From positions 1 through 64,000 of the IMG/VR virus record IMGVR_UViG_3300045526_000254: a DNA stretch of 64,000 bases; one strand, written 5' to 3'. Below, piece after piece: positions 10,905-21,493 of the stretch. This stretch comes from a virus (lineage: Duplodnaviria > Caudoviricetes). The notes beneath the pieces are model-generated. The model was not told where the DNA came from. It did no database searches and saw nothing but the letters and a program-made list of their open reading frames with translations. Position numbers and translations under genes: made by a program. The stretch's first letter is position 1. Every line of letters starts with the position of its first letter.

Positions 10905-13900
10905 ATGGCCCAAAAAACAAATCTCAATGTAAGTCCATATTTTGATGATTTTTCTCAACCTAATGATGGAGCGAGAGACAAAAACTATTACAAAGTTCTT
11001 TTTAATCCAGGAAAGCCTATACAGGCAAGAGAACTTAATACGTTACAGTCCATACTACAAAATCAAGTAGAAGTTTTTGGAAGTCATATTTTCAAAGAAG
11101 GTTCTTTAGTAATACCTGGAAATATTAATTATGATGATCAATTTAACGCTGTTAAATTAAATCCAGACCAATATGGAGTTAATATATCCCTATATCTAAA
11201 GAATTTTGTTGGTCAAAAAATAACAGGACAAATATCTGGAGTTACTGCAACTGTTCAATTAGTTGAGTTGCCAAATTCAGAAATAGAATATGCAACTCTT
11301 TATGTAAAATACATCGATTCTGATTCAAATTTTCAAATAAATCCATTTCAAAATAACGAACCATTATATGCTTCTGAAACTGTAGGAGAAATATCCGCAG
11401 GTACTCCATTTGCAACAACACTTTCTTTCGATTCAACTGCTATTGGATCCGCAGTATCTATTGGCGAGGGTGTTTACTTTATTAGAGGTACTTTTGTTAA
11501 AGTACCAAAACAAACAATAATATTGGATTATTATACAAATAAACCATCATATCGAATTGGATTAAAAGTTGATGAGCAGATCATAACTGCAAAAGATGAC
11601 TCTACATTATATGACAATGCTAAAGGATTTACAAATTATGCCGCTCCTGGAGCAGATAGATTCAAAATTTCTTTAAGTCTAACAAAAAAACTTTTAAGTG
11701 ATACAAATGATACCGATTTTGTTGAAATATTGAGAGTTAGTGATGGGGCAGTTAAGAAATTAGAATCCAAATCAAATTATTCAATCATTAAAGATTATAT
11801 CGCACAAAGAACTTATGACGAATCCGGAAACTATGTAGTAACTCCTTTTCAGTTTTCGTTAAATAACTCTTTAAACAATAGACTTGGAAATGATGGACTA
11901 TACTTTAGTGATCAAAAAACAGATCAGGGAAATACACCTTCCGATGATTTACTGTGCTTGAAGTTTTCTCCAGGTAAAGCTTATGTAAATGGATATGATA
12001 TTGAAAAAAATGGAATTGAAATAATAGATCTTCCTAAACCAAGAACCACAAAAAATGTTTCTTCGGAAAATATTCCCTTTGAAATGGGTAATTTGCTTCG
12101 AGTTAACAATGTAAGTGGTTCACCAAAGCAAAAGCAGATAATTTATCTACAAAATAGAAGAAAAAATAGTACCACAGTATCTACAGGATCAACGATTGGA
12201 GTTGCTAGAGTTTATAATTTCAACTTGACTGATGCATCTTACAATAATGAATCTACAAATTGGGATTTATACTTATATGATATTCAGACATATACCGAAT
12301 TAAAATTAAATCAAAGTATTTCTTCTACAGAACTTCCAACTACTTCATTTGTTAAAGGAAAAAGTAGTGGAGCTAGCGGATATGCAGTTTTTGCAGGAAA
12401 TGGTACAGATACAATTAATTTGAGGCAGACTTCTGGTTCATTCTTAATTGGAGAACAAATTTCCATAAACGGATCAGAAACTTATTCGAGAACAATATCA
12501 TCAATAAAATCTTATGGTATAGAAGATATTAAATCAGTTTATCAACCACAGTCAATCACCGGATTTAGCACTGCATTTGTATCAGACACTCAATTAGATC
12601 GAACACTTAGATCTGAATCAATTACAATAACAAGTGTTAGTGGCGGAATTAGCACGGCAACTATTTCATCTCCTGCAACTTTTACTGGAATTAAAACAGA
12701 TAATATTATCAGATATCAAAAAGAAGGATCAACAATTGAGACTTATAATAGAGTTGTTTCCATTTCTTCTGGACTTAATTCTATGACATTAGAGGCAGTT
12801 CCATCAGTAAATGCTGTTTGTGATGGAACACTACCCTCTTCAACATTTAATGGGACATATTCTCTTGGAACTCCAAAAATTAAGAATAGTCAAAAAGGAT
12901 TTCTTTATGCCGAACTTCCAAACAAAAATATTGCATCAATAGACTTAAGTTCTTCTGGAATAACATTTTCTGCTCAATCAAATACGACATTCTTACCATC
13001 ATCAAATACATTAACAGTTAATGTTGGTAATTTTAATACTGGAATTAATTCATCTTTTGTAAATTTTGAGGCATTTGATGAAGAGAGATATTCTATTTTT
13101 TATAGTGATGGAAGCATTGAAAAACTAACTTCTGATAAGGTATCAATTGATAATAATTTAGATCAAGTAACTTTTTCCAACATAGAAAATAAACAAATTT
13201 CATCCATAATTGCCACTTTTGTTAAGAGTGGTATACAAAGTAAAATTAAAAAATTTATTAGATCTAAAACTCTTAATATTACATTATCCAAAGATCCTCA
13301 ATCTGGAACAGGAGTTAATACTTCAATTAATGATGGGTTGCAATATAACCAGTATTATGGTTTAAGAGTTCAAGATGAAGACATTAGTTTAAATTATCCT
13401 GATGTTGCAAAGATAATAGCAATATATGAATCATTAGATACTAATGCTCCGGTCTTAGATCAATTAACTTTTAGTTCTCTTTCAAATGTAGACTCTAATT
13501 CAATAATAGGTGAAAATATTATTGGAAAAAGTAGTAATGCTGTTGCCAGAATAGTTACAAAACCATCATCAAATACTCTTGGAATTGTTTACTTGAATAG
13601 TAATAAATTTTCTCCCGGAGAAAATGTTTTATTTGAAGAATCTAATATTAATACAAATATTTCCTCAATTATTTTAGGAAATTATCGAAATATTACCTCT
13701 AAGTATATTTTAGATAAAGGTCAAAAAGAACAATACTACGACTATTCAAAAATCATTAGAAAATCTGGAGAATCATCTCCATCAAGACAACTCTTAGTCA
13801 TATTTGATTACTACTCAGTATCTAATGATGATACTGGTGATGCTTTTACAGTAAATAGTTATGATAGTGATAGATTTTCATCTGATATTCCAACTCTAGG

Positions 13901-16900
13901 AATAAACCAAGTAAGATCTTCGGATACATTAGATTTTAGACCAAGAGTATCTAATTTTACCGGATCATCCTCATCTCCATTTGATTTTTCATCAAGATCT
14001 TTTAACAATGAACCTAAACTCATTTTATCCCCAAATGAAGGTTCTTTGGTAAAATATGATTTTTACTTAGGAAGAATTGATAAACTTTACTTGGATAGAT
14101 TTGGGAACTTTACTATTGTCAACGGGACTCCCTCAGTAAATCCAAAAGAACCAAATACTTCAGAAAACTTGATGCAAATTGCAACTATAGAGTTGCCACC
14201 TTATCTTTATAATCCAAAGGATGTAAAAATATCTTTAATTGATAACAGAAGATATACAATGCGTGATATTGGAAAAATAGAAGATAGAGTTGAAAACTTA
14301 GAAAGAGTAACATCTCTTTCTTTGCTTGAACTTAATACACAAACTTTACAGATTCAAGATGCTCAAGGACTTAATAGATTTAAAACTGGATTCTTTGTTG
14401 ACGATTTTAAAAATAATGAATTAATTGATTCTAATTTATCTAAGATTAAAGTTGATAGTGGAAATGGTGAACTTACGACAGAAATTTCTAGAAATAGTAT
14501 TAACCTAAAACCAGTTTCTTCAGAGAATATTAGCAATGAATCTATTGATTTAAGTACTAATTTTACTTTGTATGATTCAAATACTCAAAAAACTGGTGAT
14601 TTGATTACTTTAAAATATAGTGAGGTAGATTGGATTGAGCAATCACTAGCCACAAAAACTGAAAATGTAAATCCATTTAACGTTATTGTATATGAAGGCA
14701 CCATAACTTTAAATCCAGATACAGACACTTGGGTAAGAACTATACAATTACAAGATATTAATCTTAACGTATCATCTTCACGAATTCTTAGAGGTAGAAG
14801 TGGAAGAAGAACAAGAGTTGTTGGAACTGAAGTTTCAGTTGACACTAGAGAATCAACATTAACTAGTGGCGTAGAAATATACATGAGATCCAGAAATACT
14901 GGATTCACTGCAGTTAATCTAAAACCACTAACCAGATTTTATCAATTCCTAGATGGTAATAGTGCTGTAGATTTTATTCCAAAACTTGTTGAAATTGCAA
15001 ATGATTCTAGTTTAGAAAATTATGGATCCACTTCATCTACATTCCAAGTTGGAGAGACTGTTATTGGATCTTTCAATGGATCTAATTTAATTAGTTTTAG
15101 AGTCGCATCTTCAAATCACAAAGAAGGATTATTTAATAGTCCCTCCAGTAAATATACAATCAATCCATATGTACCTTCAGAAAATATACCAGATACTTAT
15201 AGTTTATCGTCAAAAATCTTAAACATTGATATAGAATCTCTTTGTTTAGAGGTACAAGGACTTTATTCTGGATACTTAACTATTGGAATGAAACTCGTCG
15301 GACAAACAAGTGGTGCTATTGCTTATGTTAAAGACTTAAAATTAATTAGTGATAATTTCGGATTTTTAGCAGGTTCATTCTTCTTGAAAGATCCAAATAC
15401 TAATCCACCACCATTGGTTAGAATAGAAACAGGATCTAAAGTATATAAATTAACATCTAGTCAATCAAATGAAACTCCACTTCCAGGAAATAAATTAATT
15501 TCTTCCGGAGAATCTGTTTACGAATCAAGTGGAACCTGGGAAGAAAGACAAAGAACTATCACAACAACTACAACATCTCTTATTAGAAGAAGGAGAAGAA
15601 GAAGAGATCCTTTAGCACAATCATTTACTGTTGGTGGAGGAATTGAAACTTTAGTTGATATTGCACCAAATGATGATCAAAATGGAGTTTTCTTAACTGC
15701 CGTAGATCTGTTTTTTGCATCTAAAGATTCAAATAATGCACCTCTAACTGTAGAGGTAAGAACAGTAGAATTAGGAACACCTACCGATATTGTTTTAGGA
15801 AATCCGAAAATTTTAAGACCAAGTGATATTCAAACATCTACAGATGCATCAATTGCAACTCATGTAACTTTTGATTATCCAATTTATCTTGATCCAGATT
15901 CTGAATATGCAATAGTTCTTCTTGCTCCTCAATCTGATCAATATGAAGTTTGGATAGCTGAAATGGGAGAAAAAACTATCGAAACTTCTAATCTTCCCGA
16001 CTCTCAATCAATCAGATATACTAAACAGTTTGCTATTGGTAGTTTGTTTAAATCTCAAAATGGAACTATTTGGACGGCGAATCAATATCAAGATTTAAAA
16101 TTTAAATTATATAAAGCGAATTTCACCTCAACTTCCGGTAGTGTACTTTTCCATAATCCATCACTAAATCAAAGTAACAGTTACATTCCAACATTAAGTC
16201 CTAATCCAATTACAATTTTACCAAGAAAAGTAAATATTGGAGTTACTACAATAACTGATTCTACTACAATAGGTATACTAACAACTGGAAGAAAAATTTC
16301 AGTTCAGTCCGCAACATATAATTATGGTTATATTGAAAATGTTGGTTCAGCAGTTAATTCTGTCGGTATTACAACTGGAGGAGTTAATTATAGTAGTACT
16401 AATAATGTTGATACTTTCAATATAAGTGGAAGAGGAATAGGATTGAAACTAAACATAACTGCCACTTCAGGAAGAATCACTTCGGTTTCAATCGCAAGTT
16501 CAGGAAATGGTTATAGTGTTGGTGATGTTGTTGGCATTGTAACATCATCTATTACTCCAAGTAGTGGAAATAATGCAATTATCACAATTACTTCTGTGGA
16601 TTCTGGAATTGATACCTTATACTTAACGAATGTCCAAGGAAATTCTTTCAATACCGGTATTGCCTCACTATCTTATTATAATATTTCAGGAAACTTAGTG
16701 GCACTTGGATCTACTACTATTACATCATCTACACCTGTAGGTGGAGTGTATAATGGTAATTTCTTGAAAGTTAATCATTATGATCATGGAATGTATTCAT
16801 CCTTGAATAAGATTGCTTTATTTAATGTTGAAAGTGATGTATCTCCATCAACATTGACTGCACCACTATTGTCTACTGATGTACTGATCAGTGTTGCATC

Positions 16901-18098
16901 AACAGTAAATTTTGGCACTTTTGAGGGTAAACCTGTAAATGGAACAAATCCTGGATATGTTAAAATTGAAAATGAAATTATTAGATATGAAAGTATTGGA
17001 GCAAATACTTTAAATACAATTACAAGAGGAGTGGACTCCACTAAAATAGTGGATCATGATTTAAATGTTCCAATTCACAAATATGAACTAGGTGGAGTTT
17101 CACTAAGAAGAATAAACAAAACACATACAATTAGTTCGAATCAAATAGATATTGATAGTTACTATATTGAATTTGACAGATCATCGAACGGAGTGAATAG
17201 AACGGTAGATAATACTCCATCACAATTTCCACAATTATCATTTAACAATGAATCATCATGTGGTGGAAATACAGTTCAAGCATCGGAAAATATTCAGTTT
17301 AATTCCGTTTTTCCACAAGTTTCATTAATAAATCCAGGATCTTTGACTTCTGTATCAGGACAAATTAGAACTGTAAGTGGAACTAGTGTAAGTGGAAATG
17401 AAGCATCATTTATTGATCAAGGGTATGAAAGTGTGGAACTCGGAGTAGAAAATAAACTTTTATCTACAAGAATAGTTTGCTCTGAAGTAAATGAACAAGA
17501 ATATTTGTCTTCTATTTTAAGAAATAAATCATTTACTTTAAAACTTGACTTATCTACACAAGATTCTAATATTTCTCCAATGATTTTTTGGAAAAATTCT
17601 TCTGTTGAGTTATTAAGCAATAGATTGAATAAACCAATTCAAAATTATATCAGCGATAATAGGGTTAATAGTTTGTATGATGATCCCCATGCTGCGATTT
17701 ATGTATCTAATACAGTTAGACTTGCTCAGGCAGCAACTGCTCTTAAAGTGATTGTAAGTGCCTACAGGCATTCATCTGCGGACTTTAGAGTTTTATACAG
17801 TCTAATTAGACCAGATTCTAGTGAAGTTGAACCAGTTTTTGAATTATTCCCAGGTTATCAGAATCTAACAGTTGATAATAATCAGGATAATTATCTTGAT
17901 GTAATAGATACATCAAAAAATAGTGGATTACCTGATACTTTTGTACCATCAAGTTTAGATGGTGAATTTTTAGAATATGAATTTTCTGCTAACAATCTTG
18001 GAAGTTTTGTTGGTTACACTATTAAAATAGTTATGTCAGGTACAAATCAAGCATATGCACCAAGATTTAAAGATTTAAGGAGCATTGCACTAGCATGA
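10905..18098 (+). CDS. Large virion structural protein (DUF4815/VrlC-like)
   Basis: TNLNVSPYFDDF...YYKVLFNPG..IQARELNTLQS, RTYDESGNY, GFFVDDF and DPLAQSF motifs; 2397 aa; usual position after gp8 in cyanomyoviruses. Confidence 0.75.
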   Translation: MAQKTNLNVSPYFDDFSQPNDGARDKNYYKVLFNPGKPIQARELNTLQSILQNQVEVFGSHIFKEGSLVIPGNINYDDQFNAVKLNPDQYGVNISLYLKNFVGQKITGQISGVTATVQLVELPNSEIEYATLYVKYIDSDSNFQINPFQNNEPLYASETVGEISAGTPFATTLSFDSTAIGSAVSIGEGVYFIRGTFVKVPKQTIILDYYTNKPSYRIGLKVDEQIITAKDDSTLYDNAKGFTNYAAPGADRFKISLSLTKKLLSDTNDTDFVEILRVSDGAVKKLESKSNYSIIKDYIAQRTYDESGNYVVTPFQFSLNNSLNNRLGNDGLYFSDQKTDQGNTPSDDLLCLKFSPGKAYVNGYDIEKNGIEIIDLPKPRTTKNVSSENIPFEMGNLLRVNNVSGSPKQKQIIYLQNRRKNSTTVSTGSTIGVARVYNFNLTDASYNNESTNWDLYLYDIQTYTELKLNQSISSTELPTTSFVKGKSSGASGYAVFAGNGTDTINLRQTSGSFLIGEQISINGSETYSRTISSIKSYGIEDIKSVYQPQSITGFSTAFVSDTQLDRTLRSESITITSVSGGISTATISSPATFTGIKTDNIIRYQKEGSTIETYNRVVSISSGLNSMTLEAVPSVNAVCDGTLPSSTFNGTYSLGTPKIKNSQKGFLYAELPNKNIASIDLSSSGITFSAQSNTTFLPSSNTLTVNVGNFNTGINSSFVNFEAFDEERYSIFYSDGSIEKLTSDKVSIDNNLDQVTFSNIENKQISSIIATFVKSGIQSKIKKFIRSKTLNITLSKDPQSGTGVNTSINDGLQYNQYYGLRVQDEDISLNYPDVAKIIAIYESLDTNAPVLDQLTFSSLSNVDSNSIIGENIIGKSSNAVARIVTKPSSNTLGIVYLNSNKFSPGENVLFEESNINTNISSIILGNYRNITSKYILDKGQKEQYYDYSKIIRKSGESSPSRQLLVIFDYYSVSNDDTGDAFTVNSYDSDRFSSDIPTLGINQVRSSDTLDFRPRVSNFTGSSSSPFDFSSRSFNNEPKLILSPNEGSLVKYDFYLGRIDKLYLDRFGNFTIVNGTPSVNPKEPNTSENLMQIATIELPPYLYNPKDVKISLIDNRRYTMRDIGKIEDRVENLERVTSLSLLELNTQTLQIQDAQGLNRFKTGFFVDDFKNNELIDSNLSKIKVDSGNGELTTEISRNSINLKPVSSENISNESIDLSTNFTLYDSNTQKTGDLITLKYSEVDWIEQSLATKTENVNPFNVIVYEGTITLNPDTDTWVRTIQLQDINLNVSSSRILRGRSGRRTRVVGTEVSVDTRESTLTSGVEIYMRSRNTGFTAVNLKPLTRFYQFLDGNSAVDFIPKLVEIANDSSLENYGSTSSTFQVGETVIGSFNGSNLISFRVASSNHKEGLFNSPSSKYTINPYVPSENIPDTYSLSSKILNIDIESLCLEVQGLYSGYLTIGMKLVGQTSGAIAYVKDLKLISDNFGFLAGSFFLKDPNTNPPPLVRIETGSKVYKLTSSQSNETPLPGNKLISSGESVYESSGTWEERQRTITTTTTSLIRRRRRRRDPLAQSFTVGGGIETLVDIAPNDDQNGVFLTAVDLFFASKDSNNAPLTVEVRTVELGTPTDIVLGNPKILRPSDIQTSTDASIATHVTFDYPIYLDPDSEYAIVLLAPQSDQYEVWIAEMGEKTIETSNLPDSQSIRYTKQFAIGSLFKSQNGTIWTANQYQDLKFKLYKANFTSTSGSVLFHNPSLNQSNSYIPTLSPNPITILPRKVNIGVTTITDSTTIGILTTGRKISVQSATYNYGYIENVGSAVNSVGITTGGVNYSSTNNVDTFNISGRGIGLKLNITATSGRITSVSIASSGNGYSVGDVVGIVTSSITPSSGNNAIITITSVDSGIDTLYLTNVQGNSFNTGIASLSYYNISGNLVALGSTTITSSTPVGGVYNGNFLKVNHYDHGMYSSLNKIALFNVESDVSPSTLTAPLLSTDVLISVASTVNFGTFEGKPVNGTNPGYVKIENEIIRYESIGANTLNTITRGVDSTKIVDHDLNVPIHKYELGGVSLRRINKTHTISSNQIDIDSYYIEFDRSSNGVNRTVDNTPSQFPQLSFNNESSCGGNTVQASENIQFNSVFPQVSLINPGSLTSVSGQIRTVSGTSVSGNEASFIDQGYESVELGVENKLLSTRIVCSEVNEQEYLSSILRNKSFTLKLDLSTQDSNISPMIFWKNSSVELLSNRLNKPIQNYISDNRVNSLYDDPHAAIYVSNTVRLAQAATALKVIVSAYRHSSADFRVLYSLIRPDSSEVEPVFELFPGYQNLTVDNNQDNYLDVIDTSKNSGLPDTFVPSSLDGEFLEYEFSANNLGSFVGYTIKIVMSGTNQAYAPRFKDLRSIALA

Positions 18099-18298
18099 TG
18101 ATACCAGTAGAAGGGCATCCAAATTTATATCGAGATGAAAATTCTGGTGCTATAATTAACTATGATACTCATTCGTATAATCAGTATATTAACATTAGAA
18201 AAAATAAGGAGAATCAACAACAGGAAATCATTGAAATTAAAAATGATATAAATGAAATTAAGTCTATTTTAAAGGAGTTATTGAATGGACGCAAATGA
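18095..18298 (+). CDS. Small conserved hypothetical protein with C-terminal coiled coil
   Basis: Overlaps the upstream stop (ATGA coupling); IPVEGHPNLYRD..SGAIIN motif. Confidence 0.7.
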   Translation: MMIPVEGHPNLYRDENSGAIINYDTHSYNQYINIRKNKENQQQEIIEIKNDINEIKSILKELLNGRK

Positions 18299-18476
18299 AA
18301 TTAAACTCGAAACAATTGATAAAATGTTCGAGTATGAAAAATATTCAAGGTTTATTAATGATTTAAATTATGAAGATCTTAAAAAATTTTCAAAATTATA
18401 TTGTAAATTGTATTTAAAGCAACAGGAAGTAATTTCTACTCTAAGTAATACAAATATATTTGATATTAAAATATAA
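18285..18476 (+). CDS. Small hypothetical protein
   Basis: SD-like AAGGAG upstream; overlaps the previous ORF; 63 aa. Confidence 0.65.
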   Translation: MDANEIKLETIDKMFEYEKYSRFINDLNYEDLKKFSKLYCKLYLKQQEVISTLSNTNIFDIKI

Positions 18477-18479
18477 ATA
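18472..18479 (+). promoter_or_regulatory. Late promoter TATAAATA
   Basis: Exact consensus upstream of the 18503 ORF and neck operon. Confidence 0.75.
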
Positions 18480-18502
18480 CATCAGTAGTAATCAGTGTTT
18501 AA

Positions 18503-18847
18503 ATGGCATCCGTATATGTCAATAATTTAGTTATAAATTCTGGAAGCAATTTTAATCAAGGTTTTGATCTTGAAGGATCTTTCACTAATTCTTCTCTTGA
18601 TTTGACGGGATATAGTGTTTCGGCACAAATGAGAAAGTGGTCTGGAAGTTCCACTGCCATAAATTTTAACACAGAAATTGGGTCTCCTCCTACCAGTGGA
18701 AAAATTATTTTAAGTTTAAATTCTCAACAAACATCTGCAATAAAACCGGGAAGATATGTTTATGATGTTGTAGTTACAGATAGTTTTGGGGTTAAAACTA
18801 GAGTTTTAGAAGGCATGGTGCTTGTAAGAGAAGGAGTTACTAGATAA
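18503..18847 (+). CDS. Small Ig-like (BppU-like) virion structural protein
   Basis: LDLTGY...AQMRK...G.I.LSL...QT..IKPGRYVYDV pattern; follows a late promoter. Confidence 0.6.
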   Translation: MASVYVNNLVINSGSNFNQGFDLEGSFTNSSLDLTGYSVSAQMRKWSGSSTAINFNTEIGSPPTSGKIILSLNSQQTSAIKPGRYVYDVVVTDSFGVKTRVLEGMVLVREGVTR

Positions 18848-19251
18848 TGGCAGATATTAAAGTTAGAGTAGGGCAGCAAAATTCTCTCAAAGTTGTTTCT
18901 GCTATTTCTGGAATTGCAGATAAAACCATACTATCTCAAAATGTTATTGGTGGAATAGCTTCAGTTTCTCAATTAAATGTTTCTGGAGTATCGACTTTTG
19001 TAGGGGTAAGTACATTTAAAGATGATGTTTATATTGATGGATCTTTAAATATTTCCGGAATACTTACCGTAAATCAATCCATATATTATCCTCCAGGTAA
19101 TCCATATGGAATTGCTTATTTTGATCCAAGTGATCAATTAGTTTCTACGGGATCAACTTCTTCATCAATTTCAGAATCAAATTACATACTTTCAACAAAT
19201 AATTCGGGCATTCCAACCTGGACAAATACAATAGATGGAGGGTTTTATTAA
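18847..19251 (+). CDS. Hypothetical virion structural protein
   Basis: TAATG coupling at both ends; ends in TIDGGFY, typical of fibre-like small proteins. Confidence 0.6.
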   Translation: MADIKVRVGQQNSLKVVSAISGIADKTILSQNVIGGIASVSQLNVSGVSTFVGVSTFKDDVYIDGSLNISGILTVNQSIYYPPGNPYGIAYFDPSDQLVSTGSTSSSISESNYILSTNNSGIPTWTNTIDGGFY

Positions 19252-20096
19252 TGGCTAAACCTACAACCAGGCAAGAACTAATAGACTATTGTTTAAGAAA
19301 ACTGGGAGCACCCGTTTTAGAAATTAATTTGGCGGATGATCAAATAGATGATTTGGTTGATGATGCTTTACAATATTTTCATGAAAGACACTTTGATGGT
19401 GTCGAAAGAATGTATTTGAAGTATAAAATTACAGAGGAAGATATCAATAGAGGTAAGGCAAAAGGAACTGACGGAGTAGGTATTGTTACAACAACTGCTT
19501 CATCAAACATAAGTGGAATTGGAACAACTACGTTCAATTTTTACGAAACTTCTAATTACATACAAATTCCAGATTCTATAATTGGAATCGAAAAAATATT
19601 TAAATTTGATACTAGTTCAATTTCTTCGGGAATGTGGAGTATTAAATATCAACTTTTTTTAAATGACTTATATTATTTCAATTCAATTGACCTTTTACAA
19701 TATTCGATGGTAAAAACATACCTTGAGGATATTGACTTCTTATTATCCACAGATAAGCAGGTTAGATTTAATAAAAGGCAAAATAGATTATATTTAGATA
19801 TTGACTGGGGATCAAGTGTAAGAAAAGATACTTTTATAGTTATTGATTGTTATAGAATTTTAGATCCAAATAATTTTAATGAAGTTTATAATGATACTTT
19901 TTTGAAAAAGTATTTAACTGCTCTCATGAAAAAGCAATGGGGACAAAATTTAATCAAGTTCAGGGGAGTTAAATTGGCAGGTGGAATAGAATTAAATGGT
20001 AGAGAAATTTATGAAGATGGTGAAAAAGAACTAGAAGATTTAAAACAGAGAATGTCCTCGGAATACGAACTTCCTCCTTACGACTTTATTGGATAA
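19251..20096 (+). CDS. gp13: Neck protein gp13
   Basis: RQELIDYCLRKLGAPVLEIN, QWGQNLIKF.GVKL.GG..LNG.EIY. Confidence 0.92.
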   Translation: MAKPTTRQELIDYCLRKLGAPVLEINLADDQIDDLVDDALQYFHERHFDGVERMYLKYKITEEDINRGKAKGTDGVGIVTTTASSNISGIGTTTFNFYETSNYIQIPDSIIGIEKIFKFDTSSISSGMWSIKYQLFLNDLYYFNSIDLLQYSMVKTYLEDIDFLLSTDKQVRFNKRQNRLYLDIDWGSSVRKDTFIVIDCYRILDPNNFNEVYNDTFLKKYLTALMKKQWGQNLIKFRGVKLAGGIELNGREIYEDGEKELEDLKQRMSSEYELPPYDFIG

Positions 20097-21493
20097 TGGC
20101 ACTAAATCCTTTTTTTCTACAAGGTTCTGCAAACGAACAAAGACTTATTCAAGAACTAATTAATGAGCAGTTGAAAATTTATGGCGTTGAAGTGATATAC
20201 ATTCCAAGAAAATTTGTCAGAAAAGAAACAATTTTAAAGGAAATTTCATCATCAAAGTTTGATGATAACTATGCCATAGAAGCTTATATTAATAATTATG
20301 ACGGATATACTGGACAAGGAGATATATTAACAAAATTTGGAGTTAATTTAAAAGATGAACTCAGTTTAGTTATATCAAGAGAACGTTTTGAAGATTTCAT
20401 TTCACCATTTTTGGATGAAACATCTAGTGAAATAGAACTTTCAACTAGACCCAGGGAAGGAGATTTAATTTATTTCCCATTAGGTCAAAGATTATTTGAA
20501 GTTAAATTTGTAGAGCACGAGAATCCATTTTATCAATTAGGAAAACTATATGTTTATGAATTAAAGTGCGAATTATTTGAATATGAAGATGAAGTTATTG
20601 ATACTTCGATTGAAGAAATAGACACTCAAATACAAGAAGAAGGACATATTGCAACTTTAAATTTAATTGCTATTGGATCAACGGCAACCGCAACAGCAAC
20701 TATTGGTACTGGATATGTTAGAAAGATATATCTAAATGATGATGGATATGGATATACATCTTCCCCTGTAGTTTCTATATCAACAGCACCACCTGGCGGA
20801 ATAAATGCTTCTGCAGTAGCAATTACAACATCTACATCTTCGGGTGTTGTAAGGTCAGTTAAAGAAATTCTTCTCATAAATGCGGGATCAGGATATACTG
20901 TGGCACCAAAGATAACTATAACCGGTGGAGGGGGTGCTGGTGCTGCTGCAACATGTTCAATCGAAACTGTAAACAACGGAATTATAAGTTTTAGTGTTAC
21001 TAATGGTGGACAAGGATACAGAACAAAACCAACAATAACAATTAATGGACTTGTCGGAGCAGGGCAAACTGCTGTTGGCGTAGCTTCCTTATCAACCAAT
21101 AATCAAGTTGCCTCTATCAGAATTTCTAATCCTGGTGTTGGATATACTGAACCACCATCGATTGTAATTGCCCCACCATCTATAATTTCAGGAATAGGAA
21201 CTTTTATATTTAATGAGGTAGTTATAGGTTCTACATCAGGAACTCAAGCTAGAGTTAAATCTTGGGATCAAGATACAAAAACTTTAAAAGTCTCATTTAT
21301 TAACTCTGGAGGTAATGGTCAAGGATTTTATCCTGGAGAAATAATTACAGGAACTGCTTCTTCTTCTGTATATGCAATATCTTTATACGATAAATGGAAT
21401 AATTATGATAAATATAATGAAAACAAAACAATTCAAGAAGAAGGTAGTCAAATTTTGGATATTTCAGAACCATCACCATTTGGATTTTACTGA
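20096..21493 (+). CDS. gp14: Neck protein gp14 with internal GxGY-repeat insertion
   Basis: NPFFLQGS.NEQRLIQELINEQLKIYG, RPREGDLIYFP, FEVKFVEHENPFYQLGK, ELFEYEDE; ends in PFG. Confidence 0.9.
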   Translation: MALNPFFLQGSANEQRLIQELINEQLKIYGVEVIYIPRKFVRKETILKEISSSKFDDNYAIEAYINNYDGYTGQGDILTKFGVNLKDELSLVISRERFEDFISPFLDETSSEIELSTRPREGDLIYFPLGQRLFEVKFVEHENPFYQLGKLYVYELKCELFEYEDEVIDTSIEEIDTQIQEEGHIATLNLIAIGSTATATATIGTGYVRKIYLNDDGYGYTSSPVVSISTAPPGGINASAVAITTSTSSGVVRSVKEILLINAGSGYTVAPKITITGGGGAGAAATCSIETVNNGIISFSVTNGGQGYRTKPTITINGLVGAGQTAVGVASLSTNNQVASIRISNPGVGYTEPPSIVIAPPSIISGIGTFIFNEVVIGSTSGTQARVKSWDQDTKTLKVSFINSGGNGQGFYPGEIITGTASSSVYAISLYDKWNNYDKYNENKTIQEEGSQILDISEPSPFGFY

